A DNA stretch of 64,000 nt from Ruminococcaceae bacterium OttesenSCG-928-A16 (GCA_030267215.1 JAJDJP010000003.1:23512-87511), one strand, 5' to 3'; positions 1 to 10,944 are shown, counted from the first letter of the stretch. Numbers and translations: made by a program. Notes: generated by a model from the sequence alone, not told the origin.

Positions 1-30
1 GCTGCGGATACGTTCGATTGTACGGCGCAT
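1..30 (-). CDS. 5' end of an unidentified CDS running off the left edge (MRRTIERIRS...)
   Basis: ATG at 30..28 on the minus strand with AAGGAG about 5 nt upstream. Only 10 codons are visible. Confidence 0.3.
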   Translation of the reverse strand, partial: MRRTIERIRS

Positions 31-553
31 AGGTTCTCCTTATATAAATAGCTATAAACGGTGTAAACACTCACCCTTGCAGGCGAGTGCGCGAATGCTT
101 TCGCGCTTTCAAAACAAGTTGGTTTTAAAGTTTACTGGGTATATTTCCAAACCGGCACATAAATTGGCTGGTTTGGTTTTTTGGTGTTTTACATGCGAAT
201 AGGCTTGCAAAAAAACAAGCAGATGCCGGGAAACATCCCCAACATCCTGCTTATTTTATCAATAAAATGGCGGCTCCGTCAATCGATTTTGCGGCATTAA
301 TCTTGCATTTTAAGCCATTTTTGGCAAAAATACCCGGTGGCAGGCCATTATCCCTTTCAAATGCTTGCCCGTCTTTCGTTTTGCTCGGATTTTCGGCCTA
401 TTCTGTAAGGCAAAGTACGGTAACACGTACTTTATTTTTGGGCCCAATTTGCCATACAATGGCTATTCTTTGGGTGAAACTCTAGTATTGTGCAAAAATA
501 GCGGCTGGTTTTTGGCGTTTTTTACACAGGTTTGCCAGCACTAGGCCTTATTG

Positions 554-1678
554 TTACACATATTTTTTTACAATTTGCTGCATTTGGGCAAAGTTTGCCT
601 CCATATCGCTTACCAGCTTAAACTGGGTCCGGCAACGGTCCAGGTTTTGGCCGGGGCGCTCGGTTTTAAAATAAACATCACCATTTAAATAGTCGGTTAA
701 AAAGCGAATACCACACTCCAGCGTGATAATGCGCGCACCCTGCGGAAGCATATCTTTTTCGGTGGGGGTAAGTGCGGGGCCGGCGGTTTGCAAAAAGCCT
801 TTGGTGTAGGCCTCGTACAGGGGCAGGCTTAGCGTAACCTTGGTAAGGTCGGGTTCGTCTTCGGCGGCTTCGGTGGCGCCAAACCGAATAGAATCGCCAT
901 AATCGTTAAGCGAAAGGCCGGGCATAATGGTGTCAAGGTCTATTACACACAGGGCTTCGCCGGTGGTTTTGTCAAACAATACGTTGTTCAGCTTGGTATC
1001 GTTATGGGTTACACGCAGCGGCAATTCGCCCGCTTCCAGCATGTTCATCAACAAAGCACAGTCCTCGGCACGGTTCATGGCAAAGTCAATTTCTGGCTGG
1101 CAGTTGGCGGCACGGCCGGCAATATTTTGTGCGGCAGCCTGTTGCAGTGCCTCCAGGCGGCGGCGGGTATCATGAAAATAGGGAATGGTTTCGTGCAGGG
1201 TTTCGGCAGGGTAGCCCTCTAGCAGGCGCAAAAAATCTCCAAATGCGCAGGCAGATTGATAAAACACTTCTACCGTGGGGCTTTTATCGTAGCAAAAGCT
1301 GTTTTCTATAAAAACATAGCTGCGCCAGGGCATGCCCTGTTGGTCGTAAAAAGCGGGCTGGTCGTCGGCGGTTTTTAAAAAGTGCAGGGTGCCACGGCTG
1401 GTGTCTCGCTGTTCCCGTTCCAGTGCGGTTTTTAAATATTCAGTTACGCCCATTATGTTTTGCATAACGGCCCCGGGCTGTTTAAACACGTTGGTGTTTA
1501 AACGTTGCAAAATATAACCAATGCGCGGGGCGGGGTAGCCCTCAACATACACGGCGTAGGTATCGTTAATATGGCCCGAGCCAAAAGGCTCCAGCGCGGT
1601 AATTTTCCCTTCGTACGGAAAAGCCGCCAACGCAGCGGCCAAACATTGGTTTTCTACTTTCACAGGCGTATGCTCCAA
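554..1678 (-). CDS. nahK: N-acetylhexosamine 1-kinase-like phosphotransferase (APH/NahK family)
   Basis: 374-aa ORF. Motifs FGSGHINDTY, RVTHNDTKLNNVLFD, DLDTIMPG and GDSIRFGA match my recollection of Bifidobacterium NahK/LnpB along the full length. Confidence 0.75.
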   Translation of the reverse strand: MEHTPVKVENQCLAAALAAFPYEGKITALEPFGSGHINDTYAVYVEGYPAPRIGYILQRLNTNVFKQPGAVMQNIMGVTEYLKTALEREQRDTSRGTLHFLKTADDQPAFYDQQGMPWRSYVFIENSFCYDKSPTVEVFYQSACAFGDFLRLLEGYPAETLHETIPYFHDTRRRLEALQQAAAQNIAGRAANCQPEIDFAMNRAEDCALLMNMLEAGELPLRVTHNDTKLNNVLFDKTTGEALCVIDLDTIMPGLSLNDYGDSIRFGATEAAEDEPDLTKVTLSLPLYEAYTKGFLQTAGPALTPTEKDMLPQGARIITLECGIRFLTDYLNGDVYFKTERPGQNLDRCRTQFKLVSDMEANFAQMQQIVKKYV

Positions 1679-2117
1679 TCGTGTTTGTATAATTGCATTA
1701 TACTGGGTACGGGCATTTTTAGCTTTGCACGGTTTGCCATAAAATTATACCATAATTGTACGTTTGGGCAATGGTTCATCTTTGCCACGGCGTTTATGCA
1801 ATTTCCCCCCTTGTCCTTCTGAACATAATAAAGAATTTTGTTACGAGTGTGGCAAGATAAAAAATCTTCCGGCAAAGCCTACATCCTAAAATTCGTTAAA
1901 ACCAAATATCTTAATTTTTAAATAAATTGAGTTCTCTGCCGTTTTTTCTGTTTTTTTACCTATGAAAAAAGGCCGAAATATGATACACTAAAAACTTGAA
2001 CCAGATATTTTAAAAACCTGCTGTTTTTGCCGCAGTTAGCGGGCAAAACCGTGCCCAAACTTGCCGTTTATAACAAACGATGTGAACAACCAAACCAGCA
2101 TATAGGAGGCTGCCCCA

Positions 2118-3920
2118 TTGGCTAATTCCAACATTCGAAATTTCAGTATCATCGCCCATATCGACCATGGTAAATCTACCCTGGCAGACCGTATTTTGGA
2201 GCTTACCCAAAGTGTGGATGCCCGGCAGATGTCTTCGCAGGTTTTGGATAATATGGACCTGGAGCGCGAGCGAGGCATAACCATTAAAGCACGGGCGGTA
2301 TCGTTAAACTACAAGGCAAAAAATGGCGAAACGTACGAGCTAAACCTAATTGATACCCCCGGCCATGTGGACTTTAATTACGAGGTAAGCCGCAGCCTTG
2401 CCGCCTGCGAGGGGGCGCTGCTGGTGGTGGACGCCACCCAGGGGGTGGAGGCGCAAACCCTTGCCAATACCTACCTTGCGCTAGAGCACGACCTTGAAAT
2501 TGTGCCAATTATTAACAAGATGGACCTGCCCAGCGCCGACCCCGAGCGGGTGGCCAAAGAGGTGGAGGACGTAATTGGCCTGCCGGCTATGGATTCTCCC
2601 CGTATTTCGGCCAAGGCCGGCCTCGGTATCGAGGACGTGCTGGAGCGGGTGGTAAGTGATATCCCGGCCCCCAAAGGGGACGAAAACGCCCCGCTAAAGG
2701 CCTTAATTTTTGATTCGGTGTACGACAGTTACAAGGGTGTAATTGTGTACGTGCGCTTGTTTGATGGCACCATGAAAGCCGGCGATACCGTGGTTACCAT
2801 GCAAACCGGGGTCGAGTTTCATGTGGTAGAAGTGGGGCGCATGGGGGCGTTAAGTTATGCGCCGGCGGCCCAGCTTTCGGCCGGTGAGGTTGGTTATTTT
2901 ACGGCCAGCATTAAAAATGTAAGCGATACCCGGGTGGGCGACACCGTTACGCTGGTAAACAACCCGGCGGCCGAGGCTTTGCCCGGTTACCGCAAGGTGG
3001 TGCCCATGGTGTTTTGCGGCATTTACCCGGCCGATGGCGCCGATTACCCCGATTTGCAGGATGCGCTGGAAAAACTACAGCTGAACGACGCCTCTCTTTC
3101 GTACGACCCCGAAACCAGTGTGGCGCTGGGCTTTGGTTTTCGTTGTGGGTTTTTGGGGTTGCTGCATTTAGAGATTATTATTGAACGGCTGGAGCGGGAG
3201 TTTGACCTTGGCTTAATAACCACTGCCCCCAGCGTAGAATACCACATTACGCTGAACGATGGCACGGTTTTACAGGTGGAAAACCCCACCAATTACCCTG
3301 ACCCTGCCCGCATTGCCAAGGCAGAAGAACCAATAGTGGACGCGCATATTTACACCCCTACCGAGTTTGTGGGCAGCCTGATGGAACTGTGCCAGGAGCG
3401 CCGCGGCACCATGAAAACCATGACCTACTTAGATGAAACACGGGTGGATTTGCACTATACCCTGCCGCTGGGCGAAATTATCTACGATTTTTTTGACGCC
3501 ATTAAAAGCCGCAGCAAAGGCTATGCCAGCTACGATTATGAGCTGAATGGCTATGCCGAAAGCAAGCTGGTGAAGCTGGATATTTTGATGAATGGCGAAG
3601 TGGTGGACGCCCTAAGCTTTATTGTGCATGCCGACAAAGCCTATGCCCGTGGCCGCCGCCTGTGCGAAAAGCTGAAGGAGAACATACCCCGCCAGTTGTT
3701 TGAAGTGCCGATACAGGCGGCCATTGGTGGCAAAATAATTGCGCGCGAAACCGTGAAAGCCATGCGCAAAGACGTTTTGGCCAAGTGCTACGGCGGCGAC
3801 ATTAGCCGTAAAAAGAAGTTGCTGAACAAGCAAAAAGAAGGAAAGAAAAAAATGCGCCAAATTGGCAGCGTAGAGGTGCCCAGCGAGGCGTTTACAGCCG
3901 TGCTGAAGTTGGACGATTAA
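2118..3920 (+). CDS. lepA: Elongation factor 4 (LepA)
   Basis: 600 aa. G-domain motifs [14 protein letters not shown] and NKMD, plus the typical LepA C-terminus. TTG start with AGGAGG 7 nt upstream. Confidence 0.95.
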   Translation: MANSNIRNFSIIAHIDHGKSTLADRILELTQSVDARQMSSQVLDNMDLERERGITIKARAVSLNYKAKNGETYELNLIDTPGHVDFNYEVSRSLAACEGALLVVDATQGVEAQTLANTYLALEHDLEIVPIINKMDLPSADPERVAKEVEDVIGLPAMDSPRISAKAGLGIEDVLERVVSDIPAPKGDENAPLKALIFDSVYDSYKGVIVYVRLFDGTMKAGDTVVTMQTGVEFHVVEVGRMGALSYAPAAQLSAGEVGYFTASIKNVSDTRVGDTVTLVNNPAAEALPGYRKVVPMVFCGIYPADGADYPDLQDALEKLQLNDASLSYDPETSVALGFGFRCGFLGLLHLEIIIERLEREFDLGLITTAPSVEYHITLNDGTVLQVENPTNYPDPARIAKAEEPIVDAHIYTPTEFVGSLMELCQERRGTMKTMTYLDETRVDLHYTLPLGEIIYDFFDAIKSRSKGYASYDYELNGYAESKLVKLDILMNGEVVDALSFIVHADKAYARGRRLCEKLKENIPRQLFEVPIQAAIGGKIIARETVKAMRKDVLAKCYGGDISRKKKLLNKQKEGKKKMRQIGSVEVPSEAFTAVLKLDD

Positions 3921-3943
3921 TAATATCGATTAGCCAAGAGGTA

Positions 3944-3995
3944 AAACCAGCCAAAGAATCTCGGAATTTCGAGAATCTTTGGCTGGTTTTTATTT
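3944..3995 (+). terminator. Intrinsic terminator of lepA
   Basis: Long imperfect hairpin AAACCAGCCAAAGA...TCTTTGGCTGGTTT followed by TTTTATTT, 25 nt after the lepA stop. Confidence 0.75.
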
Positions 3996-4142
3996 GCCGC
4001 CGGTATTATTTTGGCAAAAGAATTTGACGGAATAGTTGCTAAAATTGCGATTGCACCATACTTGTTGAAAACTTTATAGTAAAATTGCACAAAAACGCCA
4101 ACACAACACAACCATTATTTGCCTATTTATCACAAGAAAGCC

Positions 4143-4171
4143 TTGCATTCTATAGAATATTTTTGTACAAT
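4143..4171 (+). promoter_or_regulatory. Sigma-70-type promoter of the glg operon
   Basis: TTGCAT, 17-nt spacer, TACAAT with TG extension. About 50 nt upstream of the glgB start. Confidence 0.55.
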
Positions 4172-4221
4172 AGAGCAAAGCAAGTGTTGCTTACTTAAGT
4201 GTAATATTTTGGAGGAACCCA

Positions 4222-6216
4222 ATGCGAAAACTGAACAACCTGAAGGTAGATACCGAAATTTATGCGTTAAAAAAGGGCACGAATTACGATTGTCAGGAGT
4301 TTTTGGGCTCTCATTTAGTAGAGTATGGCGGCCAACAAGGGGTGTTGTTTAGGGTGTGGGCGCCCCGTGCTAAGGCGGTTAGCGTGGTGGGAGATTTTAA
4401 CCACTGGATGCCCGGCGTAAACGAGATGAAGAATGTATCTAAAACCGGGGTGTGGCAGTGCTTTATACCCGGCATAAAAGAGTTTGATATTTATAAATAT
4501 TGTGTAACCACCCCGGCCGATGAACAGGTGTTTAAAGCCGACCCATACGCGTTTCATGCCGAAACACGGCCCAGCAATTGCAGCAAGGTGTATAACCTAG
4601 AGGGCTACAAATGGACGGATGCCAAGTGGGAACGCCAAAAACAGCGCCAAAACCCTGTGTTTGGCCCCTTAAATATTTACGAGCTGCATGCCGGCAGCTG
4701 GCGCATGCACCAAGATGGCAACCCCTATAGCTACCGAGATTTGGCCGACGCCCTAATACCTTATATAAAAGAGATGGGCTATACCCACGTAGAACTTATG
4801 CCGCTTACCGAGTACCCCTTTGACGGCAGCTGGGGTTACCAGTGCACCGGCTATTTTGCCCCCACCAGCCGCTACGGTACCCCTAAAGATTTTATGTACT
4901 TTGTAGACGAATGCCACAAAGCCGGCATTGGCGTTATTATGGATTGGGTGCCGGCGCACTTCCCCAAAGACGAGTTTGGGCTGCATAAATTCGACGGCAC
5001 CAACTGCTACGAAGACCAAAATCCCCTGCGGGCCGAGCACCGCGAATGGGGTACCATGGTGTTTGATTATGGCCGCCCCGAAGTACAATGCTTTTTAATT
5101 TCTAGCGCTTTGTTTTGGCTAAATACCTACCATATAGACGGCCTGCGGGTGGACGCCGTTGCCAGCATGCTGTACCTGGATTATAACCGCAAACCCGGAG
5201 AGTGGAGCCCCAACACCAAGGGCGGCCGCGAAAACCTGGAAGCGATTGACTTGATACGCAAGCTAAACATTGCGGCGTTTAAGCGCCACCCCGGCAGCAT
5301 TATGGTTGCCGAAGAATCTACCAGTTGGCCGCTGGTTAGCGCGCCGGTTAGCAGTGGCGGGTTGGGCTTTAATTTTAAGTGGAACATGGGCTGGATGAAC
5401 GACATGCTGGATTATATGCAAATAGACCCTTTGTTCCGTGCGGGCAGCCACCAAAAATTAACCTTTAGCTTTTTTTACGCCTTTAGCGAAAACTTTATTT
5501 TGCCCATTAGCCACGACGAAGTGGTGCACGGCAAGCATAGTTTAATTGGCAAAATGCCGGGCGAATACGACGACCAATTTGCCGAAATGCGGGTGTTTTA
5601 CGGCTATATGATGGCGCACCCGGGCAAAAAACTGCTGTTTATGGGGCAAGAGTTTGGGCAGTTTATAGAGTGGAACGAAGCGCAGGAGCTGGATTGGCTG
5701 CTGCTGGATTATGACCGCCACCGCCAATTGCAGCAGTGGTGTAAAGCCTTAAACCACCTTTATTTGCAAAACTCGGCCTTTTGGGAGCGGGACTATTCCT
5801 GGGAGGGTTTCCAGTGGATTGTGCCCGACGATACCTCGCAAAACATCATTGTGTTTTTGCGCAAAAATGCGGCGGGCGATGCCGTGATTACCTGCTGCAA
5901 CTTTGCGCCGGTAACCCGCGAAAACTACAAGTTTGGCGTGCCGGTTAAGGGCAGCTATAAAGAAATTTTAAACAGCGATGCCACCGAGTTTGGGGGCAGC
6001 GGCATTAAAAATGGCAGCCTGCGCAGCACCATGGGCGAAATGCACGGCTTTGCCCAGCATATTACGGCCACACTGCCGCCACTTTCTGCGGTGCTGTTTA
6101 CTGTACCCAAACCGGCAGCACCACCTGCTAAAAAGCAGCCGGCTAAAAAGACGGCTACCAAAACGGTGGCCAAAGCACCGGCTAAAAAACAGCCCGCAAA
6201 AAAGGCGGGTAAATAG
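4222..6216 (+). CDS. glgB: 1,4-alpha-glucan branching enzyme with a 36-aa Lys/Ala/Pro-rich C-terminal tail
   Basis: 664 aa with GH13 branching-enzyme signatures (GYTHVELMP, DGLRVDAV, AEESTSWP, SHDEVVHGK). GGAGG SD. Confidence 0.95.
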   Translation: MRKLNNLKVDTEIYALKKGTNYDCQEFLGSHLVEYGGQQGVLFRVWAPRAKAVSVVGDFNHWMPGVNEMKNVSKTGVWQCFIPGIKEFDIYKYCVTTPADEQVFKADPYAFHAETRPSNCSKVYNLEGYKWTDAKWERQKQRQNPVFGPLNIYELHAGSWRMHQDGNPYSYRDLADALIPYIKEMGYTHVELMPLTEYPFDGSWGYQCTGYFAPTSRYGTPKDFMYFVDECHKAGIGVIMDWVPAHFPKDEFGLHKFDGTNCYEDQNPLRAEHREWGTMVFDYGRPEVQCFLISSALFWLNTYHIDGLRVDAVASMLYLDYNRKPGEWSPNTKGGRENLEAIDLIRKLNIAAFKRHPGSIMVAEESTSWPLVSAPVSSGGLGFNFKWNMGWMNDMLDYMQIDPLFRAGSHQKLTFSFFYAFSENFILPISHDEVVHGKHSLIGKMPGEYDDQFAEMRVFYGYMMAHPGKKLLFMGQEFGQFIEWNEAQELDWLLLDYDRHRQLQQWCKALNHLYLQNSAFWERDYSWEGFQWIVPDDTSQNIIVFLRKNAAGDAVITCCNFAPVTRENYKFGVPVKGSYKEILNSDATEFGGSGIKNGSLRSTMGEMHGFAQHITATLPPLSAVLFTVPKPAAPPAKKQPAKKTATKTVAKAPAKKQPAKKAGK

Positions 6217-6217
6217 A

Positions 6218-6297
6218 ATCCCCCAGTCTGGCACAAAAGAATGTGCCAGCCAGCCCCCCTTGCCTAAAGGGGGAAGCGCCTGTGGCGCAGGGGGGAT
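6218..6297 (+). repeat. REP-like palindromic intergenic element, copy 1 (ATCCCCCAG...CGCAGGGGGGAT)
   Basis: 80 bp starting 2 nt after the glgB stop. Internal hairpins GGCACA/TGTGCC and CCCCCTT/AAGGGGG. Homologous copies at 10318..10393 (inverted) and 13245..13300. Confidence 0.7.
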
Positions 6298-6382
6298 AGC
6301 ATTTGACCATAATTTTCCAACCCGTGATCCGCATTAGCGGCTAATGACCAACGACTATAGACTATGTAGAGGGGTGCTAACA

Positions 6383-7594
6383 ATGAAAGAATGCGTTGCT
6401 ATGTTGCTGGCAGGCGGGCAGGGAAGCCGCCTGTATGCCCTAACCCACAAGCTTGCCAAACCTGCTGTACCGTTTGGCGGCAAGTACCGAATTATCGACT
6501 TTCCACTGTCCAACTGCGTAAACTCTGGCATAGACACGGTGGGTATTTTAACCCAATACCAGCCGCTGGTGCTAAACGATTATATTGGCAACGGCCAACC
6601 GTGGGACCTTGACCGCCTTTATGGCGGTGTGCACGTGCTGCCGCCTTACCAAAAGGCCACCCGTAGCGATTGGTACAAAGGCACGGCCAACGCCATTTAC
6701 CAAAACATTAATTTTATAGAGCGGTACAACCCCCAGTATGTGCTTATTCTGTCGGGAGACCATATCTATAAAATGGATTATGACAAAATGTTGGATTTCC
6801 ACAAAGAAACCAAGGCAGATTGCACCATTGCCGTGCTGGAAGTACCAATGGAAGAAACCAACCGGTTTGGTATTATGACAACCGACAAAAAAGGCCGTAT
6901 TACCAAATTTGAAGAAAAACCCAAGAAAACCGAATCCACCCTTGCCTCGATGGGTGTGTATATCTTCACCTGGGATAAATTAAAGGCAGCGCTGGAAAAG
7001 GATGAGGCGGACAAAAACTCTGAAAACGATTTTGGCAAAAACATTATACCCGATATGCTGGCGACAAAGCGGCGTTTAATGGCCTACCCGTTTGAGGGCT
7101 ACTGGAAAGACGTTGGCACCATTGATAGCTTGTGGGAGGCCAATATGGACCTGCTGGACCCCAACATGCCGCTGGACGTGTGGGACCCCAGCTGGAAGAT
7201 ATACTCCCGCACGGCAGGCCGCCCGCCGCACTATATTGCATCTGGTGCCAGGGTAGAAAACTCGATGATTACCGAGGGCTGCACCGTAGAAGGAGAGCTG
7301 GAAAGCGTGGTGCTGTTTGCCGGCGCCAAGGTTGGGCGCGACGCCGTTGTGCGAGATTCGATTATTATGCCCGGTGCCGTGGTAGAAGATGGCGCGCAGG
7401 TAAACTACGCCATTATTGCCGAGGATGCCGTGATACAAAAAGGCGCCGTGGTGGGTGCCCGGCCCGAGCACATGGCCGACGTTAGCAAGTGGGGCGTTGC
7501 CGTTGTGGCCGAGGGCGTAACCATTGGCGCTGGGGCAAAGGTACCCCCTAAAGCAATGGTAGAGCAAGACGTAAAGGATGGTGACAAGGCATGA
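6383..7594 (+). CDS. glgC: Glucose-1-phosphate adenylyltransferase, catalytic subunit
   Basis: [11 protein letters not shown] and [10 protein letters not shown] motifs plus a left-handed beta-helix C-terminus. ATG at 6383 with GAGGGG SD is preferred over the ORF-track start at 6344. Confidence 0.92.
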   Translation: MKECVAMLLAGGQGSRLYALTHKLAKPAVPFGGKYRIIDFPLSNCVNSGIDTVGILTQYQPLVLNDYIGNGQPWDLDRLYGGVHVLPPYQKATRSDWYKGTANAIYQNINFIERYNPQYVLILSGDHIYKMDYDKMLDFHKETKADCTIAVLEVPMEETNRFGIMTTDKKGRITKFEEKPKKTESTLASMGVYIFTWDKLKAALEKDEADKNSENDFGKNIIPDMLATKRRLMAYPFEGYWKDVGTIDSLWEANMDLLDPNMPLDVWDPSWKIYSRTAGRPPHYIASGARVENSMITEGCTVEGELESVVLFAGAKVGRDAVVRDSIIMPGAVVEDGAQVNYAIIAEDAVIQKGAVVGARPEHMADVSKWGVAVVAEGVTIGAGAKVPPKAMVEQDVKDGDKA

Positions 7595-8715
7595 GAAGTG
7601 CAAACGCAATGGGCATTATTTTTGCCAATATGCACGACGAAAATATCCCTGAATTGATTGCCCGCCGCACCATGGCTTCGGCGCCGTTTGCCGGCCGCTA
7701 CCGCATGATAGACTTTGTGCTTTCGGGCATGAGTGTTGCCGGCATGCAAAATATTGGCGTGGTGGTGCGCAACAACTACCAAAGTTTAATGGACCATTTG
7801 GGCAATGGCCGCGAATGGGACCTTTCTCGCAAGCGCGGGGGGCTGGCTATTTTTCCGCCGGGGGCACAAGGGGCGGGCAATGGCAGCCAGGGCCGCATAG
7901 AAGCGCTTGGCAATGTAATCGATTATTTATCGTTTAACAAAGAAGAGCTGGTGGTGATGAGCGACTGCGACATCGCCTGCGATTTAGACTATGCTGCTCT
8001 GATAAAAGAGCACAGTGCCAGCGGCGCCGATGTAACAGTGGTGTACGAAAAAGCCCCTATTAAAGATTCTTTGCTGGAAGACAACATTACCTATGTGCTG
8101 GGGCAGGATGGCTATGTGAGCGAAATACGGGTGAACGACTATAAAAAAGGAATGCAAAACCTTTCCATGTCGGTGTATATTATCGAGCGTGAACTGCTGC
8201 TGAATGTGCTGAAAGATGCCATTGTGCGCGGGTACGAAAGCTTTGAAAAAGATATTTTGGCCCGCAACCTTACCATATTAAAAGTGCGTGGGTACGAGTA
8301 CACCGGTTACCGTGCCCGCATTAGCGATATGCGCAGCTATTTTGATGAAAACCTGCGCTTGCTAGAGCATGAAAACCTGAAGGCCTTGTTCCCCAAAGAG
8401 CGGCAGGTGTACACCAAAGTGCGCGACGAAGCGCCGGTGCGGTACGCCATAGGCTCGCAGGTAACCAACTGCATTGTGGCCGATGGCTGCATTATAGAGG
8501 GTGAAGTGGAGAACAGCGTGCTATTTCGTGGGGTGCGTGTGGGCAAGGGCGTAAAAATTAAAAACTGCGTAATTATGCAAGGCACAGTTATCGAGCCCGG
8601 CGCCCAGATGGAAAACGTAGTAACCGACAAAAATGTGAAGGTATGCGAGGGCGTTTCGCTGCGGGGGGCCAAGGGCTTTCCGGTGTTTGTTGGCAAGGGC
8701 CAGTGTGTAGAATAA
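7591..8715 (+). CDS. glgD: Glucose-1-phosphate adenylyltransferase, GlgD subunit
   Basis: 374-aa GlgC paralogue ([13 protein letters not shown]) lacking the GGxGxRL loop. ATGA overlap with the glgC stop. Position matches Firmicute glgD. Confidence 0.88.
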   Translation: MRSANAMGIIFANMHDENIPELIARRTMASAPFAGRYRMIDFVLSGMSVAGMQNIGVVVRNNYQSLMDHLGNGREWDLSRKRGGLAIFPPGAQGAGNGSQGRIEALGNVIDYLSFNKEELVVMSDCDIACDLDYAALIKEHSASGADVTVVYEKAPIKDSLLEDNITYVLGQDGYVSEIRVNDYKKGMQNLSMSVYIIERELLLNVLKDAIVRGYESFEKDILARNLTILKVRGYEYTGYRARISDMRSYFDENLRLLEHENLKALFPKERQVYTKVRDEAPVRYAIGSQVTNCIVADGCIIEGEVENSVLFRGVRVGKGVKIKNCVIMQGTVIEPGAQMENVVTDKNVKVCEGVSLRGAKGFPVFVGKGQCVE

Positions 8716-8849
8716 ACGGCAAAACCAAGTTTTAATAACAGTAGCATATACCAACAACCATTTGCATTAACGCCAAGGAGATGGGTTTTAACTTTTGCCC
8801 CAAACCAGCGGCTAATGCCTAGCAATTAACGACTATTGGAGGGCAACGT

Positions 8850-10274
8850 ATGAATATTTTATTTGCAGCCAGCGAGGCCTATCCCTTTTTTACATCGGGA
8901 GGGCTTGGCGATGTTGCCGGCAGCCTGCCGCTTGCCATAAAGCGGCGTAAAACAGGTATGCGGGTTATTTTGCCCCTGTACAGCGAAATGAAGGAAGAAT
9001 GGCGCAAAAAACTGAAATATATTACCAATTTTACGGTGCCGGTGGGCTGGCGCAACCAGTACTGTGGCTTGTTTGAGTTTACGCGGGGGGGCGTAACCTA
9101 CTATTTTTTAGATAACGAATACTATTTTAAACGCACGGGGCTATACGGCTTTTACGATGACGGCGAGCGCTTTGCCTTTTTCTCTCGTGCTATTTTAGAG
9201 GCACTGTTTCATATCGACTATATACCCGATGTGATACATTGTAACGATTGGCAAACCGCCCTTGTGCCGGTGTACCTAAACCTGTACTACCGCCACCTAG
9301 AAAAATACAACAATATCAAAACGGTGTTCACCATCCATAATATTCAGTATCAAGGCAAATATGGGCTAGAAATTTTGGAAGAAACCATTGGTATTGGCCG
9401 CAAAGATGCCCATATTGTGGAGTATGATGGCTGCGTAAACTACATGAAGGGCGCCCTGGAAAGTGCCGACAAAATAACCACGGTTTCGCCCACCTATGCC
9501 ACCGAAATACTGGACCCTTGGTATAGCAGCGGGCTGGATGATTTTTTACGCAAAAAGCAGTATAAGCTGTGTGGTATTTTAAATGGTATCGATACCGAGG
9601 TGTACAACCCGGCTACCGACCCCAACATTGCCGCCAATTACGATAGCACAACTGTGGAGGTGGGCAAACCCAAATGTAAGGCAGATTTACGTGCCGCTTT
9701 TGGCCTTGCCGAAAACGACAGCCCGCTGGTGGGCATGGTTACCCGCCTGGTTAGCCACAAAGGGCTAGATTTGGTGCGCCATGTGGCCGAAAGCTTGGTG
9801 CAAAGCGGCATTCAGGTGGCTATTTTGGGCAGCGGCGAATATACCTACGAAAGCTTTTTTCAAGAAATGGCGGCCCGCCACCCCGATATGTTTGGGGTAC
9901 GCATTGGGTTTATCCCCGAGCTTGCCCGCAAAATTTATGCCGGGGCCGATATGTTTTTAATGCCCAGCAAAAGCGAGCCCTGCGGCCTTGCCCAAATGGT
10001 GGCGCTGCGCTATGGCACGGTGCCCATTGTGCGCGAAACCGGTGGCCTAAGAGACACCATACAGGATAGTGGTGATGGAAAGGGTAACGGGTTTACTTTT
10101 TCTAGCTACAACGCGTACGACATGCAAAACGCTATTTTGCGTGCCCAAGAGGGCTACGGCAAAAAGGCAGGCTGGCAGGTGCTTATCCAGCGCGATATGG
10201 CCTGCGACAACAGCTGGGGTGCCAGTGCCCGCAAATATATAGAAATGTATGGTGAAGTGGCGGCGTTGTGGTAG
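8850..10274 (+). CDS. glgA: Glycogen synthase (ADP-glucose type, GT5)
   Basis: 474 aa. N-terminal SEAYPFFTSGGLGDV and C-terminal PSKSEPCGLAQM and VRETGGLRDT motifs. Confidence 0.95.
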   Translation: MNILFAASEAYPFFTSGGLGDVAGSLPLAIKRRKTGMRVILPLYSEMKEEWRKKLKYITNFTVPVGWRNQYCGLFEFTRGGVTYYFLDNEYYFKRTGLYGFYDDGERFAFFSRAILEALFHIDYIPDVIHCNDWQTALVPVYLNLYYRHLEKYNNIKTVFTIHNIQYQGKYGLEILEETIGIGRKDAHIVEYDGCVNYMKGALESADKITTVSPTYATEILDPWYSSGLDDFLRKKQYKLCGILNGIDTEVYNPATDPNIAANYDSTTVEVGKPKCKADLRAAFGLAENDSPLVGMVTRLVSHKGLDLVRHVAESLVQSGIQVAILGSGEYTYESFFQEMAARHPDMFGVRIGFIPELARKIYAGADMFLMPSKSEPCGLAQMVALRYGTVPIVRETGGLRDTIQDSGDGKGNGFTFSSYNAYDMQNAILRAQEGYGKKAGWQVLIQRDMACDNSWGASARKYIEMYGEVAALW

Positions 10275-10317
10275 GTGGCAGCAGTTAAAAAAGCAAATTA
10301 CATGTTAGAATAAAAAT

Positions 10318-10393
10318 ATCCCCCCTGCGCTAATGGGCCGCCCCCCTTTAGGCAAGGGGGCTGGCAGATGAAGAACGAATCTGACTGGGGGAT
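10318..10393 (-). repeat. REP-like palindromic intergenic element, copy 2 (inverted orientation)
   Basis: The reverse complement aligns end to end with 6218..6297. Lies 44 nt after the glgA stop. Confidence 0.7.
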
Positions 10394-10464
10394 AGCCTTT
10401 ACAAAACGAAATAACCCCAAGCGGAATTTCCGCTTGGGGTTTATATATTTACTGAAATTATCTG

Positions 10465-10944
10465 CTACAGTTCCAACTCTATTTTACGCCCGCTTTTGCG
10501 GTAGGGGGTGTATTTCACGCCCACCATGTCAAACATTTTTTTGCTGGCAACGGTGGCGTCGCTTTCGGCATATTTGTCCGATAAATAAATTACCTCGGCA
10601 ATGCCACTTTGAATAATGGCCTTGGCGCACTCGTTACAGGGGAACAGAGTGGTGTATATTTTGGCACCACGCAAGCTGCCGCCGGCGTTGTTTAAAATGG
10701 CATTTAGCTCGGCGTGGCAAACATACATGTATTTGGTATCCAGCGGGTTGCCCTCGCGCGCCCACGGCATCGAGTCATCGAGGCAGCCGGTGGGCATGCC
10801 GTTGTACCCCATCGAAAGTATTTTATGGTCTCGGTTCACAATACAGCTGCCTACCTGGGTGCCGTTGTCTTTACTGCGCTGTGCACTAAGCAATGCAATG
10901 CCCATAAAATACTCGGCCCACGAAATATAATCCTCACGCTTCAT
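10465..10944 (-). CDS. comEB: dCMP deaminase (ComEB-type)
   Basis: HAELNAI and PCNECAK zinc-binding motifs. ATG at 10944 with GGGAGGA SD is preferred over 10959. Confidence 0.88.
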   Translation of the reverse strand: MKREDYISWAEYFMGIALLSAQRSKDNGTQVGSCIVNRDHKILSMGYNGMPTGCLDDSMPWAREGNPLDTKYMYVCHAELNAILNNAGGSLRGAKIYTTLFPCNECAKAIIQSGIAEVIYLSDKYAESDATVASKKMFDMVGVKYTPYRKSGRKIELEL

